A DNA stretch of 32,000 nucleotides from Wolbachia endosymbiont of Dirofilaria (Dirofilaria) immitis (GTDB lineage Bacteria > Pseudomonadota > Alphaproteobacteria > Rickettsiales > Anaplasmataceae): positions 330,001 to 362,000 of the forward strand of contig NZ_CP046578.1 of NCBI RefSeq assembly GCF_013365455.1. The letters run 5' to 3'. Of the stretch, positions 22,027 to 31,529 are shown in pieces. The stretch's first letter is position 1. Each line of letters starts with the position of its first letter. The notes beneath the pieces are model-generated. The model ran no database searches. It saw only the letters and a program-made list of their open reading frames with translations, and was not told the DNA's origin. A program made the position numbers and the translations under genes.

Positions 22027-22245
22027 CTAAGCACTGGTTTCTAGTTGCAACGCATGTATTGACTGGCCTTTTAGGGCCTTATATACCATTTTATGCTGTT
22101 CCACTTTTGTTTTCCCAAGAAAATACTTGGAAATTATTTTTAAATGATAATGATTACTATCTCCAACAGGGTCATTAATCTCTATATCAGCATCTGGAAA
22201 TGATTGCTTGATGATTTTCTCTAATTCATGAATTGTGATAACCAT
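22027..22245 (-). CDS. bolA: BolA-family protein
   Basis: 72 aa. Contains HYHLKIISKYFLGKTKVEQHKMVYKAL...IHALQLET, which matches the BolA consensus. It lies 6 nt upstream of grxD on the same strand. Confidence 0.85.
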   Translation of the reverse strand: MVITIHELEKIIKQSFPDADIEINDPVGDSNHYHLKIISKYFLGKTKVEQHKMVYKALKGQSIHALQLETSA

Positions 22246-22303
22246 TAATTTACTTTGAATACAATATTTATATTATAAATCTAAAACGACTATATGCAAT
22301 TAA

Positions 22304-23626
22304 TTACTGGGAAGATAATAAATTCAGTGTGCTGAGAGCATTCACAAGACGAGATTTTAATTGGCTTTCATATTTATTCCAATCCTGTATTACCTTCCTG
22401 GCGACACCTGAGTATACTGCAGCTTTTGCAACGGCAGGAGAGACTATTGAAATTAATCTTGGGTCAAATGGGGTAGGTATTATATATTCACGCCCATAGC
22501 CCATTTTACGATTACCATAAGCTGCGGATATCTCATCAGGAACTGGTTTATGTGCAAGCTTTGCTATTGCATCTGCAGCTGCAATCTTCATTTCATTATT
22601 TATTACTGTTGCGTGTACATCAAGTGCTCCCCTGAATATATAAGGGAATCCCATTACATTATTAACTTGGTTATTGTAGTCTGATCTACCAGTTGCGATT
22701 ATTGCATCTGGTCTTACAGCTTTTGCGAGCTCAGGCCTTACTTCTGGGTCAGGGTTAGCAAGGGCAAAAATAATCGGATCTTTACTCATGCTTTTTAACA
22801 TCTCTTCATTAAGCACATTTTTTACAGATAATCCGATAAATACGTCAGCGTCTTTTATTGCATCAAGTAGAGAACGTTCTTTAGTATCGGTTGCATATTT
22901 TTCCTTCCACTTGTTCATGTCCTCTTTTCTGTCCTTGTATATTACTCCTTTCTTATCACACAGTACTATGGTTTTAGCGCCCATGTACCTTAATATTTCT
23001 AAACATGCAATACCAGCTGCCCCAGCACCATTTATGATGATCTTGACGTTCTCTAGTTTCTTTCTTGCAATATCAAGAGCATTTTCTATACCTGCTGCAA
23101 CAACCACTGCAGTTCCGTGCTGGTCATCGTGAAATACTGGAATATCCATTAATTCATTTAGACGTTTTTCTATTATGAAACAGTCAGGAGATCTTATATC
23201 CTCTAAATTTATTCCTCCCCAACTTGGTCCAAGGTATCTTATTGCATTGATAAAACTTTCTATATCTTCTGTATCAACTTCTATATCAACTGCATCAATA
23301 TCAGCAAAGCGCTTGAATAAAACAGCTTTGCCTTCCATAACAGGTTTCGAGGCAAGAGGACCAATGTTGCCAAGCCCGAGCACTGCAGTACCATTTGAAA
23401 TGACAGCAACGCAGTTACTTTTTGTTGTATAATCATAGACGACTTCAGGATTTTTAGCTATTTCAAGGCATGGGGCTGCAACTCCAGGGGAATAAGCAAG
23501 CGATAAGTCATACTGAGTAGATAAGGGCTTTGTTGGCAGGATAGATATTTTACCAGGGTTATTCCCTTTGTTATGGTATTTGAGTGCTTCTTGTTTTGTA
23601 ATACTATCTAAATCACTGTTCATCAT
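22304..23626 (-). CDS. maeB: NAD(P)-dependent malic enzyme, short form without a phosphotransacetylase-like domain
   Basis: 440 aa. Contains LSLAYSPGVA, VISNGTAVLGLGNIG, FHDDQHGTAVV, and the Rossmann motif INGAGAAGIA. Confidence 0.92.
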   Translation of the reverse strand: MMNSDLDSITKQEALKYHNKGNNPGKISILPTKPLSTQYDLSLAYSPGVAAPCLEIAKNPEVVYDYTTKSNCVAVISNGTAVLGLGNIGPLASKPVMEGKAVLFKRFADIDAVDIEVDTEDIESFINAIRYLGPSWGGINLEDIRSPDCFIIEKRLNELMDIPVFHDDQHGTAVVVAAGIENALDIARKKLENVKIIINGAGAAGIACLEILRYMGAKTIVLCDKKGVIYKDRKEDMNKWKEKYATDTKERSLLDAIKDADVFIGLSVKNVLNEEMLKSMSKDPIIFALANPDPEVRPELAKAVRPDAIIATGRSDYNNQVNNVMGFPYIFRGALDVHATVINNEMKIAAADAIAKLAHKPVPDEISAAYGNRKMGYGREYIIPTPFDPRLISIVSPAVAKAAVYSGVARKVIQDWNKYESQLKSRLVNALSTLNLLSSQ

Positions 23627-23766
23627 TATATCTTATATTTTGATCTCATGGTTAGTAAATTTTTAAGTATATGGAGTTTTTGTAAATGTTCAATTGTAAA
23701 CTATTAGCTTGTGAATTGTACCTCACTTCTGTATAAGTTTACTGTACTGCATTAAAATTACATTGC

Positions 23767-24309
23767 ATGCTTAAGAAAAACTTGCCTAATTTGTTGACAA
23801 TTTCTCGTGCGCTTGCAATACCAGCAATAATACTAAGTTTTTATATAGAAAATAAATATGCAAACTTAATAACAATATCAATTTTTGTATTTGCATGCAT
23901 TACAGATTTTTTTGATGGTTACCTAGCACGTGCATGGAAAGTACAGTCAAAATTTGGCAGGCTGTTTGATCCAATTGCTGATAAATTAATAGTAGTTTCA
24001 ACAATAATCATGCTAGTTTATAAACATAAGATAAATGATTTTACAGTAATACCTTCAGTTATAATTGTTTGTAGAGAGATATTAGTTTCTGGCTTACGGG
24101 AGTTTTTGATAGCTGCAAATGCTAGCTTGCCTGTCAGCAAAATTGGAAAAATCAAAACATTTTTACAAATGGTTGCTGTTGTAGCACTAATAGTGAATAA
24201 TTATGAAATGGTTCAACGTATAGGTATAACTTGCCTGTGGATTGCAGCTGTTATAACTGTATGGTCAGGCTATAGTTATATTTTGACTGGGATTAAACAG
24301 ACTAGCTGA
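23767..24309 (+). CDS. pgsA: CDP-diacylglycerol--glycerol-3-phosphate 3-phosphatidyltransferase
   Basis: 180 aa. Has the CDP-alcohol phosphatidyltransferase motif DGYLARAWKVQSKFGRLFDPIADK (DGx2ARx8Gx3Dx3D) and multiple TM segments. Confidence 0.92.
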   Translation: MLKKNLPNLLTISRALAIPAIILSFYIENKYANLITISIFVFACITDFFDGYLARAWKVQSKFGRLFDPIADKLIVVSTIIMLVYKHKINDFTVIPSVIIVCREILVSGLREFLIAANASLPVSKIGKIKTFLQMVAVVALIVNNYEMVQRIGITCLWIAAVITVWSGYSYILTGIKQTS

Positions 24310-24424
24310 GTTTCTTAAGAAAATTAATATGTAAATAAATTGAGATTTGAGCAAACTTGGCTGGGTAATCAAGATTCTATATAATACATTGATTTGTAGT
24401 CTAATAGAGTTATTTGACTTATAG

Positions 24425-24459
24425 CTTTAGGGCTAAGTTTTCTGCTAAAGATTTTTTTT
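24425..24459 (+). terminator. Candidate intrinsic terminator downstream of pgsA (weak stem)
   Basis: CTTTAG(24425-30) pairs with CTAAAG(24445-50), followed by A and then T8 (24452-59). The loop is long (14 nt) and the stem is AT-rich, so support is modest. Confidence 0.3.
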
Positions 24460-25122
24460 CATGGCTTTTATCTGACAATTGATGAAGAAGTTTAAAGAGA
24501 AAGGTACAAACAAGAATTATTTAATATTAAAAGAAGGAGCTTAAACAAAAAACTACTAGTGCTGAAAAAGGAAGCTGTGTAAATAATACATATTGTTGAT
24601 CATAATGATCTTATTTGCATTGTTGAGAAATGGCTGTTGAACTAGGAAGATAATATATCTGGTCAGGTATTGTTGATGGTTATAAATAGTGCAGCACTAA
24701 GCTATACTATATTATCTTTATAGCCTTATCTCTTAATTTTTATATTATATTTATTTATGATAATAAAAAGATAGTGAAAAAAGAACTAGAATTGAGGATA
24801 TTGAAAATGGGGAAGAAATAGAAAAAAAGGAAGAAGCATAATTTTTCTAATGTAAGTGAGTGTTTGATCTATTTTACTTAGAGCGACAGAGGATACAGTT
24901 TTATTTCTTGTTGTGATTGCTTTTTTACAGTCTTTTATTTTTAATGAGTGTGAAAATTAGCAATATGTCTACTGCTGAATTAGCGCTTGCTGATATTTCT
25001 GTTTTCTTAATAAGTGAAAAGGATAGGTTTGACATTGATATCTTCATTAAGCTCTGTTGTTAGAATTACTTTAGATTTAGTAGATACTATGCTTTTTATG
25101 ATTGTATGAATGTTGACTATAT

Positions 25123-25146
25123 ATTTCTACAGTTATTTCTACAGTT
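25123..25146. repeat. Perfect 12-bp tandem duplication
   Basis: atttctacagtt occurs at 25123-25134 and again at 25135-25146, inside the pgsA-bamD ORF-free block. Confidence 0.8.
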
Positions 25147-25343
25147 AAGAAATACTAAGGAAGTCAAAAGTAGAAAAATGTGTTTTAAAGGGTACAGCAC
25201 TGTTTCAAATTTAGGAGATAATGATAGGTGCATAAGGGGACTAATGATATGATTTTCTACTGCTTAGTGGTTTTGAGAGTCATAGAAATCTATTTATTTA
25301 TATAGCATTTGGTCTATACTGTATTTTAGTCGAAAAAAATCTT

Positions 25344-26081
25344 ATGTATTATAAGACTTTAATTACGTGTTTTGTTCTTCTGATTTCCTCTTTTGTGCAG
25401 TCCTACGCAAATGGTTATGAACCTAATGAAACTGAACTATATGAAGAGGCAGTTAAACTTTTCGACCAGAAAAAATACAAACAAGCTATTAGGGCATTTC
25501 AGAAAATCGAAGACTTGTACCCTTTTTCTTATATAGCAATGAAAGCCAGATTATTATCTGGTGTTTCTCACTATAACATGGGTGACTATACTAATGCCGC
25601 AAATGATATGGATAATTATATACAGACCTATTCAAATGGTGAGGATTTACCGTATGTATATTACTTAAGGGTACTATCTTATTACATGCAAATTCATAAA
25701 GTGCGACTTGGACAACAAGCTGCATACAAAACTTTGGACTTGGCTACTGAGTACATTAACTTCTTTCCAAACAGTATATATACAGAGGAGGTAAAAGGGA
25801 AAGTAAAGCTAGTGACAGAGCACATGTTAGAAAAAGAATATTCTATTGGCAGGTTTTATTTGAGGCGTGGTGAATATTTAGCGGCGATTAAGCGTTTTCA
25901 AAATGTAATAAGTAATAAAGATTCTAATTGTTTTCCTAAATCTATTGGCTACTTAATAACAGCCCATTCAGCTCTCGGCCTTAACCTAGAAGTTCAACAA
26001 TATGAAAGTCTATTGGCAGAAAATCTGAACAGAAAAAGTGGAGTGCCACATAAAAACAGCAAGTCTGAAAATTTATTTTAG
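25344..26081 (+). CDS. bamD: Outer-membrane protein assembly factor BamD (YfiO family, TPR-like)
   Basis: 245 aa. Has an N-terminal signal-like segment. TPR-like helices (YEEAVKLFDQKKYKQAIRAFQKIEDLYPFS...; GRFYLRRGEYLAAIKRFQNVI) are typical of BamD. Confidence 0.8.
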   Translation: MYYKTLITCFVLLISSFVQSYANGYEPNETELYEEAVKLFDQKKYKQAIRAFQKIEDLYPFSYIAMKARLLSGVSHYNMGDYTNAANDMDNYIQTYSNGEDLPYVYYLRVLSYYMQIHKVRLGQQAAYKTLDLATEYINFFPNSIYTEEVKGKVKLVTEHMLEKEYSIGRFYLRRGEYLAAIKRFQNVISNKDSNCFPKSIGYLITAHSALGLNLEVQQYESLLAENLNRKSGVPHKNSKSENLF

Positions 26082-26127
26082 TTTTCTCTATGCCTTGGTA
26101 TATAATCAGATTTTTAATTATTTAAAT

Positions 26128-26868
26128 ATGGCTGGTCACTCACAATTTTCAAACATAAAACATCGGAAAGGCACACGGGATGTAAGACGCTCTCAAAAAT
26201 TTACAAGGCTCATTAGAGAGATAATGGTTATTGCAAGGCAAGGATTACCTAATCCTGAGCTTAACCCACGTCTTCGTTCTGTTGTGTCTACTGCACGCAG
26301 GGAGAACTTGCCAAAAGATAAAATAAAAACAGCAATAAGGAGCGCAACTGGTAGTGTTACAGGAGAGAATTATGAGGAAGTACAATATGAAGGCTATGGG
26401 CCTTCTGGTACTGCACTCATTGTGCATGCTCTAACGAATAACCGTAATCGAACTATCTCTAAGGTGCGTTATATTTTCTCTCGCAAAGGTGGAAATTTAG
26501 GAGAAACGGGTGATGTTAGTTACCTTTTTAATCACGTAGGGCTGATCACCTATAAAGCAGAGGGTGTAAATTTTGAAGACCTATTTAGTTATGGAATAGA
26601 ATTAGAGGTGTTAGATGTTGAAGAAGATAATAGGGAGAGGTTATATGTTATAACCTGTAAAGTAGAAGATTTTGGTAGAGTACGTGATGCTTTCTATGCA
26701 AAATTTGGAGAGCCAGAGCTTGCTCGGCTTTCATGGCAACCAAAGGATCTAGTTAAAGTTAGTGATAAAAAGTTAATTAATAAATTATCTATGTTAATTG
26801 AGGAGCTAGAAGATAATAGTGATGTACAGTATGTTGAGGGTAATTTTACTTTTTCTGATTCTATTTAA
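26128..26868 (+). CDS. yebC: YebC/PmpR-family DNA-binding transcriptional regulator
   Basis: The family N-terminus MAGHSQFSNIKHRKG begins at ATG 26128. The ORF-track start at 26038 is an in-frame upstream extension that overlaps bamD and is unlikely to be used. Confidence 0.93.
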   Translation: MAGHSQFSNIKHRKGTRDVRRSQKFTRLIREIMVIARQGLPNPELNPRLRSVVSTARRENLPKDKIKTAIRSATGSVTGENYEEVQYEGYGPSGTALIVHALTNNRNRTISKVRYIFSRKGGNLGETGDVSYLFNHVGLITYKAEGVNFEDLFSYGIELEVLDVEEDNRERLYVITCKVEDFGRVRDAFYAKFGEPELARLSWQPKDLVKVSDKKLINKLSMLIEELEDNSDVQYVEGNFTFSDSI

Positions 26869-26871
26869 GCT

Positions 26872-27768
26872 ATGAGGCTGATAATACTTATGTTGTTTTA
26901 TACTTTACCAATATTCAGTTTGCATGCCTCTAAAACGCAAAGCAATAATAAAGAGATCTTGCTAATATCTAGTGACATAAAGTCTTCTTTTTTTACTACG
27001 GGGATTGAACAGGGGTTAGCTCCAAGTACAGTAATGAAGTTAATCGACATATATAAAAGTTTTGATTCAAACTTTGAAAAGGACATTGTACCAGAAAGTA
27101 ATTTGAAAGTTCTTTTTGAGAGATCGCTTAATGACCGAAAAACTGGAGAAAAGATTTTATACACTTCATTGACAACAAACAAAAAGGCTACTTGTTTGTA
27201 TCATTATAAATCACAAAACGGTAAAGAAAGTTATTTTAATGAGGAGGGAATAAGCTTAAGAGATGGCAAAACTTTTGTAAGTCCTTTAAATGGAGATTTT
27301 TATGTATCCTCGAAATTTGGCAATAGAAAGCACCCTATTTACGGTAAAATTATTTTTCACAAAGGGGTAGATTATGCAGCTAAATTTGGTGCTCGTATAC
27401 ATGCTGTCGCAGAAGGTGTGATAGAATATATAGGAAATAATGGAGGATATGGTAAATATATTAAAATAAAACATGAGAATGGATATTCAACCTGCTACGC
27501 TCACATAAGCAAATTTAACGGTGATATAAAGTTAGGCTCCACAGTAAAGCAGGGGCAGGTTATCGCTTATGTTGGTAGCACTGGTGCCGCAACAGGGCCC
27601 CATTTGCACTATGAGATCATATACAATGGTAAGTATATTGATCCGCTTACAGTAGTACATAAAAGCGAAATAAGGTTAATTGATCATGAATTAAAGGAGT
27701 TTAAACTATTTGTGAATAAGATAGATAACGCAATCAATAAAGAAGGTTTAAGTAAAAAAGAAGTTTAA
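26872..27768 (+). CDS. M23-family (LytM-type) metallopeptidase, secreted
   Basis: 298 aa. Has a signal peptide (MRLIILMLFYTLPIFSLHA) and the Zn-ligand motifs HKGVDYAA (HxxxD) and GPHLHYEI (HxH). Confidence 0.9.
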   Translation: MRLIILMLFYTLPIFSLHASKTQSNNKEILLISSDIKSSFFTTGIEQGLAPSTVMKLIDIYKSFDSNFEKDIVPESNLKVLFERSLNDRKTGEKILYTSLTTNKKATCLYHYKSQNGKESYFNEEGISLRDGKTFVSPLNGDFYVSSKFGNRKHPIYGKIIFHKGVDYAAKFGARIHAVAEGVIEYIGNNGGYGKYIKIKHENGYSTCYAHISKFNGDIKLGSTVKQGQVIAYVGSTGAATGPHLHYEIIYNGKYIDPLTVVHKSEIRLIDHELKEFKLFVNKIDNAINKEGLSKKEV

Positions 27769-28311
27769 AAGGCAGGCAGACAAGTGTACTAAAATGGTAG
27801 AAATTAAGTCAACTCTGTTTTCTTATACTGGTAGTATTTAAAGTAATCCTACTAGTGCCTTTGGTGTACGGTAGTACAGTTATATTTGGAGTTGTTATTA
27901 TTTCAGTAGTGGTTCTTATTAATAATCCTGCAAAGCAAGAGTGATGAGATTTCTTGGTTTATATTAGAACTTATTTTAAATTTAGAATATATATTACAAT
28001 TCTACTTACACATGCACGTTATTTCTCTTAAATTTTAAAATATTGACATAGAAAAATAAAGTGAATGATGTAGACGGGATCCAGTAGAGGTTTTAATAGT
28101 GAGGAGAGTAAGTGTACATTATATGATATATTATAATATTAGTTACTAACAAATTCTTTTTTGTGTAAAGTGACTCAATGATAGAAAATTAGCAAGATAT
28201 ACACCTAAAAATTAGATTAGACTCTAATTAGCATAGAAGCACAGCAAGTATGTGGACTAGCAAACTAACAGTTTTATATATATAATAGAATATGTACGTT
28301 AAGGATATTCT

Positions 28312-28342
28312 AAAAAAAAGCTGAGAGTACAAAAGTACTCCC
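28312..28342 (-). terminator. Candidate orphan intrinsic terminator, read on the minus strand
   Basis: The minus strand reads ggGAGTAC-tttt-GTACTCtc-agc-TTTTTTTT. The stem is 6 bp plus 2 extra pairs (28323-28342), and the T8 run corresponds to 28312-28319. No recognisable gene lies upstream of it. Confidence 0.35.
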
Positions 28343-30072
28343 CCTTTAGGCTTGCTATTACTAAAGCAAGTATGGGTGGAATATATGTACATAAGTATTA
28401 AAGAATACTTAGGCTTCACTATGTTGATTACATCTTTTATTGGATAATTACTCTAGTAACTTAAGTAACATATAACATATGTTACTAGATTTACTTATGG
28501 GTGCATATACTGGTAAATCTGTCTTGTTTTATTCATTATCTTAGATTGGCTATGTACATACTAGGGCTTAATTTCTATGCTGCTAAGCAGCATTTCTGGA
28601 TCAGTAACTAGTTTCAAATCAGTTGTTCAAGAATGTATTACGATACTCAATTTACATTAGGCATGTAATAATTATGTTCTACACTTGTAGAATATATATC
28701 AGTATCATATTCTATTGTATGTTCAATAAGGAAGTACCTGGTTCACCTCATTTTTAAGATTGGATACATCTATTATTATTGTAGTGAAGGGAAAAAAGCT
28801 AATTTAGAAACAGTAGCTATTGACTATAATACTACAAAATATTGGCGTTTTTCTCGGTGCAGATGTATTTTACTTTCCATAAAAGAATACATCTTTTAAA
28901 AAGGTATTACCTAGCTCAGTACTAAAAGCTCAAATATCAACTAAAGGATTTAAATGGAAACTATATCTCAGCTTACTTTTTCAAGAAAGAATTCTTGCTT
29001 TAATCGAAGTTTAAACGATAGGTTATTCGTAAAGATAAATAATGGTGTATATGTTTGACAGTGATTTATTTGGAAGCGATAGATGATGTTGGGGTATAAA
29101 ATTAAAAAGTGAAACAAAGATTTGCTAAGTAAAAAAAGGTAAAAACTGTGTTAATCTAAGGTGCATGAAATTTTGCTGTCTAATGTTAAAAATTAATGGC
29201 GTTTTCTGTGTTTTTAATGTATATAACACTTAAACCTATAAAAAGGATTAAGCTTAATAATAAGTGTAGCTAAAAATAGAAAAAAGGTAAGTGTGCGTGG
29301 CAGAGATATATGTGTACTTCTGCACCTACTTGCATGGGTATGCTGCTGTACCCTTTACTGAACTTGGTTGCTTAGATAGGAAACTTGTAGACAGAGATAA
29401 GTTTTGAGAGTTCTGAAATATCTTTGCTGTTAGTATAGTGGTTTTGAGTATGCGGAGGTAATCTTTTTTATCTGATTAAAGAAATTTGGCTATTTGGTAC
29501 AAGCTTCAGTCTAAAAATTGTTGAATTCTAATATTTTAAATCTGGAATAGAGTATATGAATTATGTTCCTTAATTGCTGTGAATCTATCACTTTTGATTA
29601 ATTTCTTAAAACTATATTTCGTTTGTGTCTTTACTTTAGATTTAGATCTAAATTTTTAGCAAAATTTTTGAAAATATTCTTTGATAATGTCAAAACAGGT
29701 TCTTATTACTCTCTCTATAGTGATTTTTGAGCTTCTCGGAAACAGTAATTAATAGTCTAACATTTCTATTTATTCTATTTTTGCTATCTTGAGATTCAAG
29801 TATAAATTTTAATAAATTATTCGACTGGTATATATAACTGCTTGTCTTGAGTTATAGCTGTCAGTTAATGGTTTATTTTGGTGTAGTTGATATAGATAGC
29901 ACCTCGACTTTTAATATAGCAGTTAGACTTTTCTTTGTTTCTGTTATGGTATTGCCCTTATTGGCACATTAATCAATTACACCATAGAACTACTGATAAT
30001 TTAATGATGATACCTCCTGTATAGACTAAGATTTTTCTTTGGTTTAGTATGTATATGTGGTAGAAAAAGTCT

Positions 30073-31467
30073 ATGGTGAAAGAATTGTTAGTAAAAACTG
30101 ATGTAGCGCAAGTTGGAGATAAGAAAGCGGCGAGAGGCTTTTTAAAGATACTGGGTGAAGTAACAGATGCTGTGAGGTCATGGATTGGTAATATTGGTCC
30201 TGATTTAGATAATAGTCGCGATATCAGTAGTCTGGTTTTGAAGATGAGTGAGTGCTTAAATCCAAGGGGAGGAGAAGTTTCAGCACGTAAAAACACTGTA
30301 TCTCTTGGTAACTTGTATTTAAGTTTATCAGAAAAAGGTAAAATAAGGTTTTTGCAAACTCTAGCAGAAAAATTTAACACGAGTAAGGTAGAAGTAGATG
30401 AGAAAATAAAAGGATACTATGAGAATAGGAATTCTGAGTTAGACTATAAATTTGAACAAGACTTGATAAAAGTTCTTGAATCACCGCGTTCTAAAATACT
30501 AAAGCAATTTATCTCTTTGCCAGAAGGACTCAAATTTATTGTTGATATGCGTTCTGATGTACTTAAGTTGAGGAATCAATATAAGGAGCTCAATCGATTA
30601 GAAAGTGAACTAAAAAGCATACTTCTTTCCTGGGTTGATGTTGATTTACTTGATCTTTGTCAGATTACTTGGGGTTCACCTGCATCATTGTTAGAAAAAC
30701 TTATAAAATATGAAGCTGTGCACAAAATTTCTTCATGGGGTGATCTAAAGAATAGGCTAGATTCTGACCGTCTCTGTTTTACCTTTTTTCATTATAAAAT
30801 ACCAAATGAACCTCTAATTTTTGTAGAAGTTGCGTTAATGAATAAAATTGCAGATAGCATTCAACACCTTTTAGATGAGTCAATGCCTTCAAGTGATCCG
30901 AATAATGCAAATACTGCTATATTCTATTCAATATCAAATACTCAAGCAGGGTTATCTGGAATTAGTCTAGGTAATTTTTTGATCAAAAGAGTTGTAGAAA
31001 AGCTGTCGCAGGAGTTTAAAAGTATAAAAACATATGCAACGCTTTCTCCGATACCTGGCTTTATAAAATGGCTAAAATGGAACCTAAGTCGGGATATTAC
31101 TTTGCTAGAGAAATTAGGTATAAAACAATCTAGTACAGAGATTTTAGAAAGCATAGAGCAATTAAGAACTAACATTGAATATGAGAAACAATACTTGTTG
31201 AAGCTTTGTGCATATTACTTGTTAAAGGTTAAAAACGATAACGGCGGTGCCTATGACCAAGTAGCACACTTTCACTTGAGTAATGGTGCATCAATAAAGC
31301 AGCTGAACTGGATGGCGGATACTTCTGAAAAGGGCATTAGTCAGTCGGCTGGTATGATGGTAAATTACTTATATGAATTATCTAAAATAGATAATAATCA
31401 CGAAAATTATATGGTTAATAAAATGATTTCTTGTGCAAGGCAGGTGTCATCCATATCGAAAGGATAA
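30073..31467 (+). CDS. Malonyl-CoA decarboxylase (MCD/MatA family)
   Basis: 464 aa. Has an N-terminal helical domain (CLNPRGGEVSARKNTVSLGNLYLSLSEKGKIRFLQTLAEKF) and a C-terminal catalytic domain (FFHYKIPNEPLIFVEVAL...FYSISNTQAGLSGISLGNFLIKRVV...TLSPIPGF...VAHFHLSNGA). Confidence 0.88.
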   Translation: MVKELLVKTDVAQVGDKKAARGFLKILGEVTDAVRSWIGNIGPDLDNSRDISSLVLKMSECLNPRGGEVSARKNTVSLGNLYLSLSEKGKIRFLQTLAEKFNTSKVEVDEKIKGYYENRNSELDYKFEQDLIKVLESPRSKILKQFISLPEGLKFIVDMRSDVLKLRNQYKELNRLESELKSILLSWVDVDLLDLCQITWGSPASLLEKLIKYEAVHKISSWGDLKNRLDSDRLCFTFFHYKIPNEPLIFVEVALMNKIADSIQHLLDESMPSSDPNNANTAIFYSISNTQAGLSGISLGNFLIKRVVEKLSQEFKSIKTYATLSPIPGFIKWLKWNLSRDITLLEKLGIKQSSTEILESIEQLRTNIEYEKQYLLKLCAYYLLKVKNDNGGAYDQVAHFHLSNGASIKQLNWMADTSEKGISQSAGMMVNYLYELSKIDNNHENYMVNKMISCARQVSSISKG

Positions 31468-31529
31468 GTAAATAATTGTTTTAATACTATTTAAAATGCA
31501 AAATAAGTTCTACTTAAGTAAGCAGATTG

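Noticed and set aside
26038-26127. Upstream in-frame extension of the yebC ORF
   Set aside because: The extension overlaps the 3' end of bamD and encodes non-conserved sequence. The universally conserved YebC N-terminus MAGHSQFSNIKHRKG begins at 26128.
27801-27944. Stop-free frame encoding a hydrophobic peptide (..LVPLVYGSTVIFGVVIISVVVLINNPAKQE) just after the M23 peptidase gene
   Set aside because: It has no ATG, only an internal GTG at 27855 that would give 29 aa. There is no Shine-Dalgarno sequence. T-rich DNA readily yields hydrophobic pseudo-peptides.
28804-28831. Sigma70-like promoter TTTAGA-N16-TATAAT inside the 2.3-kb ORF-free block, and TTGACA hexamers at 28043 and 29055
   Set aside because: Near-consensus -10 and -35 hexamers are expected by chance in AT-rich DNA. 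No downstream gene or RNA feature supports them.
29421-29460. tRNA-like D-arm string (TAGTATAGTGGTTTTGAGTA)
   Set aside because: No complementary acceptor, anticodon or T-arm can be drawn, and there is no GTTCRANNC T-loop nearby. No tRNA-like structure was found anywhere in the window.
29640-29653. Perfect 14-bp palindrome ATTTAGATCTAAAT, together with the inverted repeats at 21576-21593 (AAAATTGC-aa-GCAATTTT) and 28464-28486 (AGTAACATAT-aac-ATATGTTACT)
   Set aside because: My rough expectation for AT-rich sequence of this length is one to several such palindromes by chance. None is flanked by a convincing U-tract or positioned at a clear promoter, so there is no basis for a functional claim.
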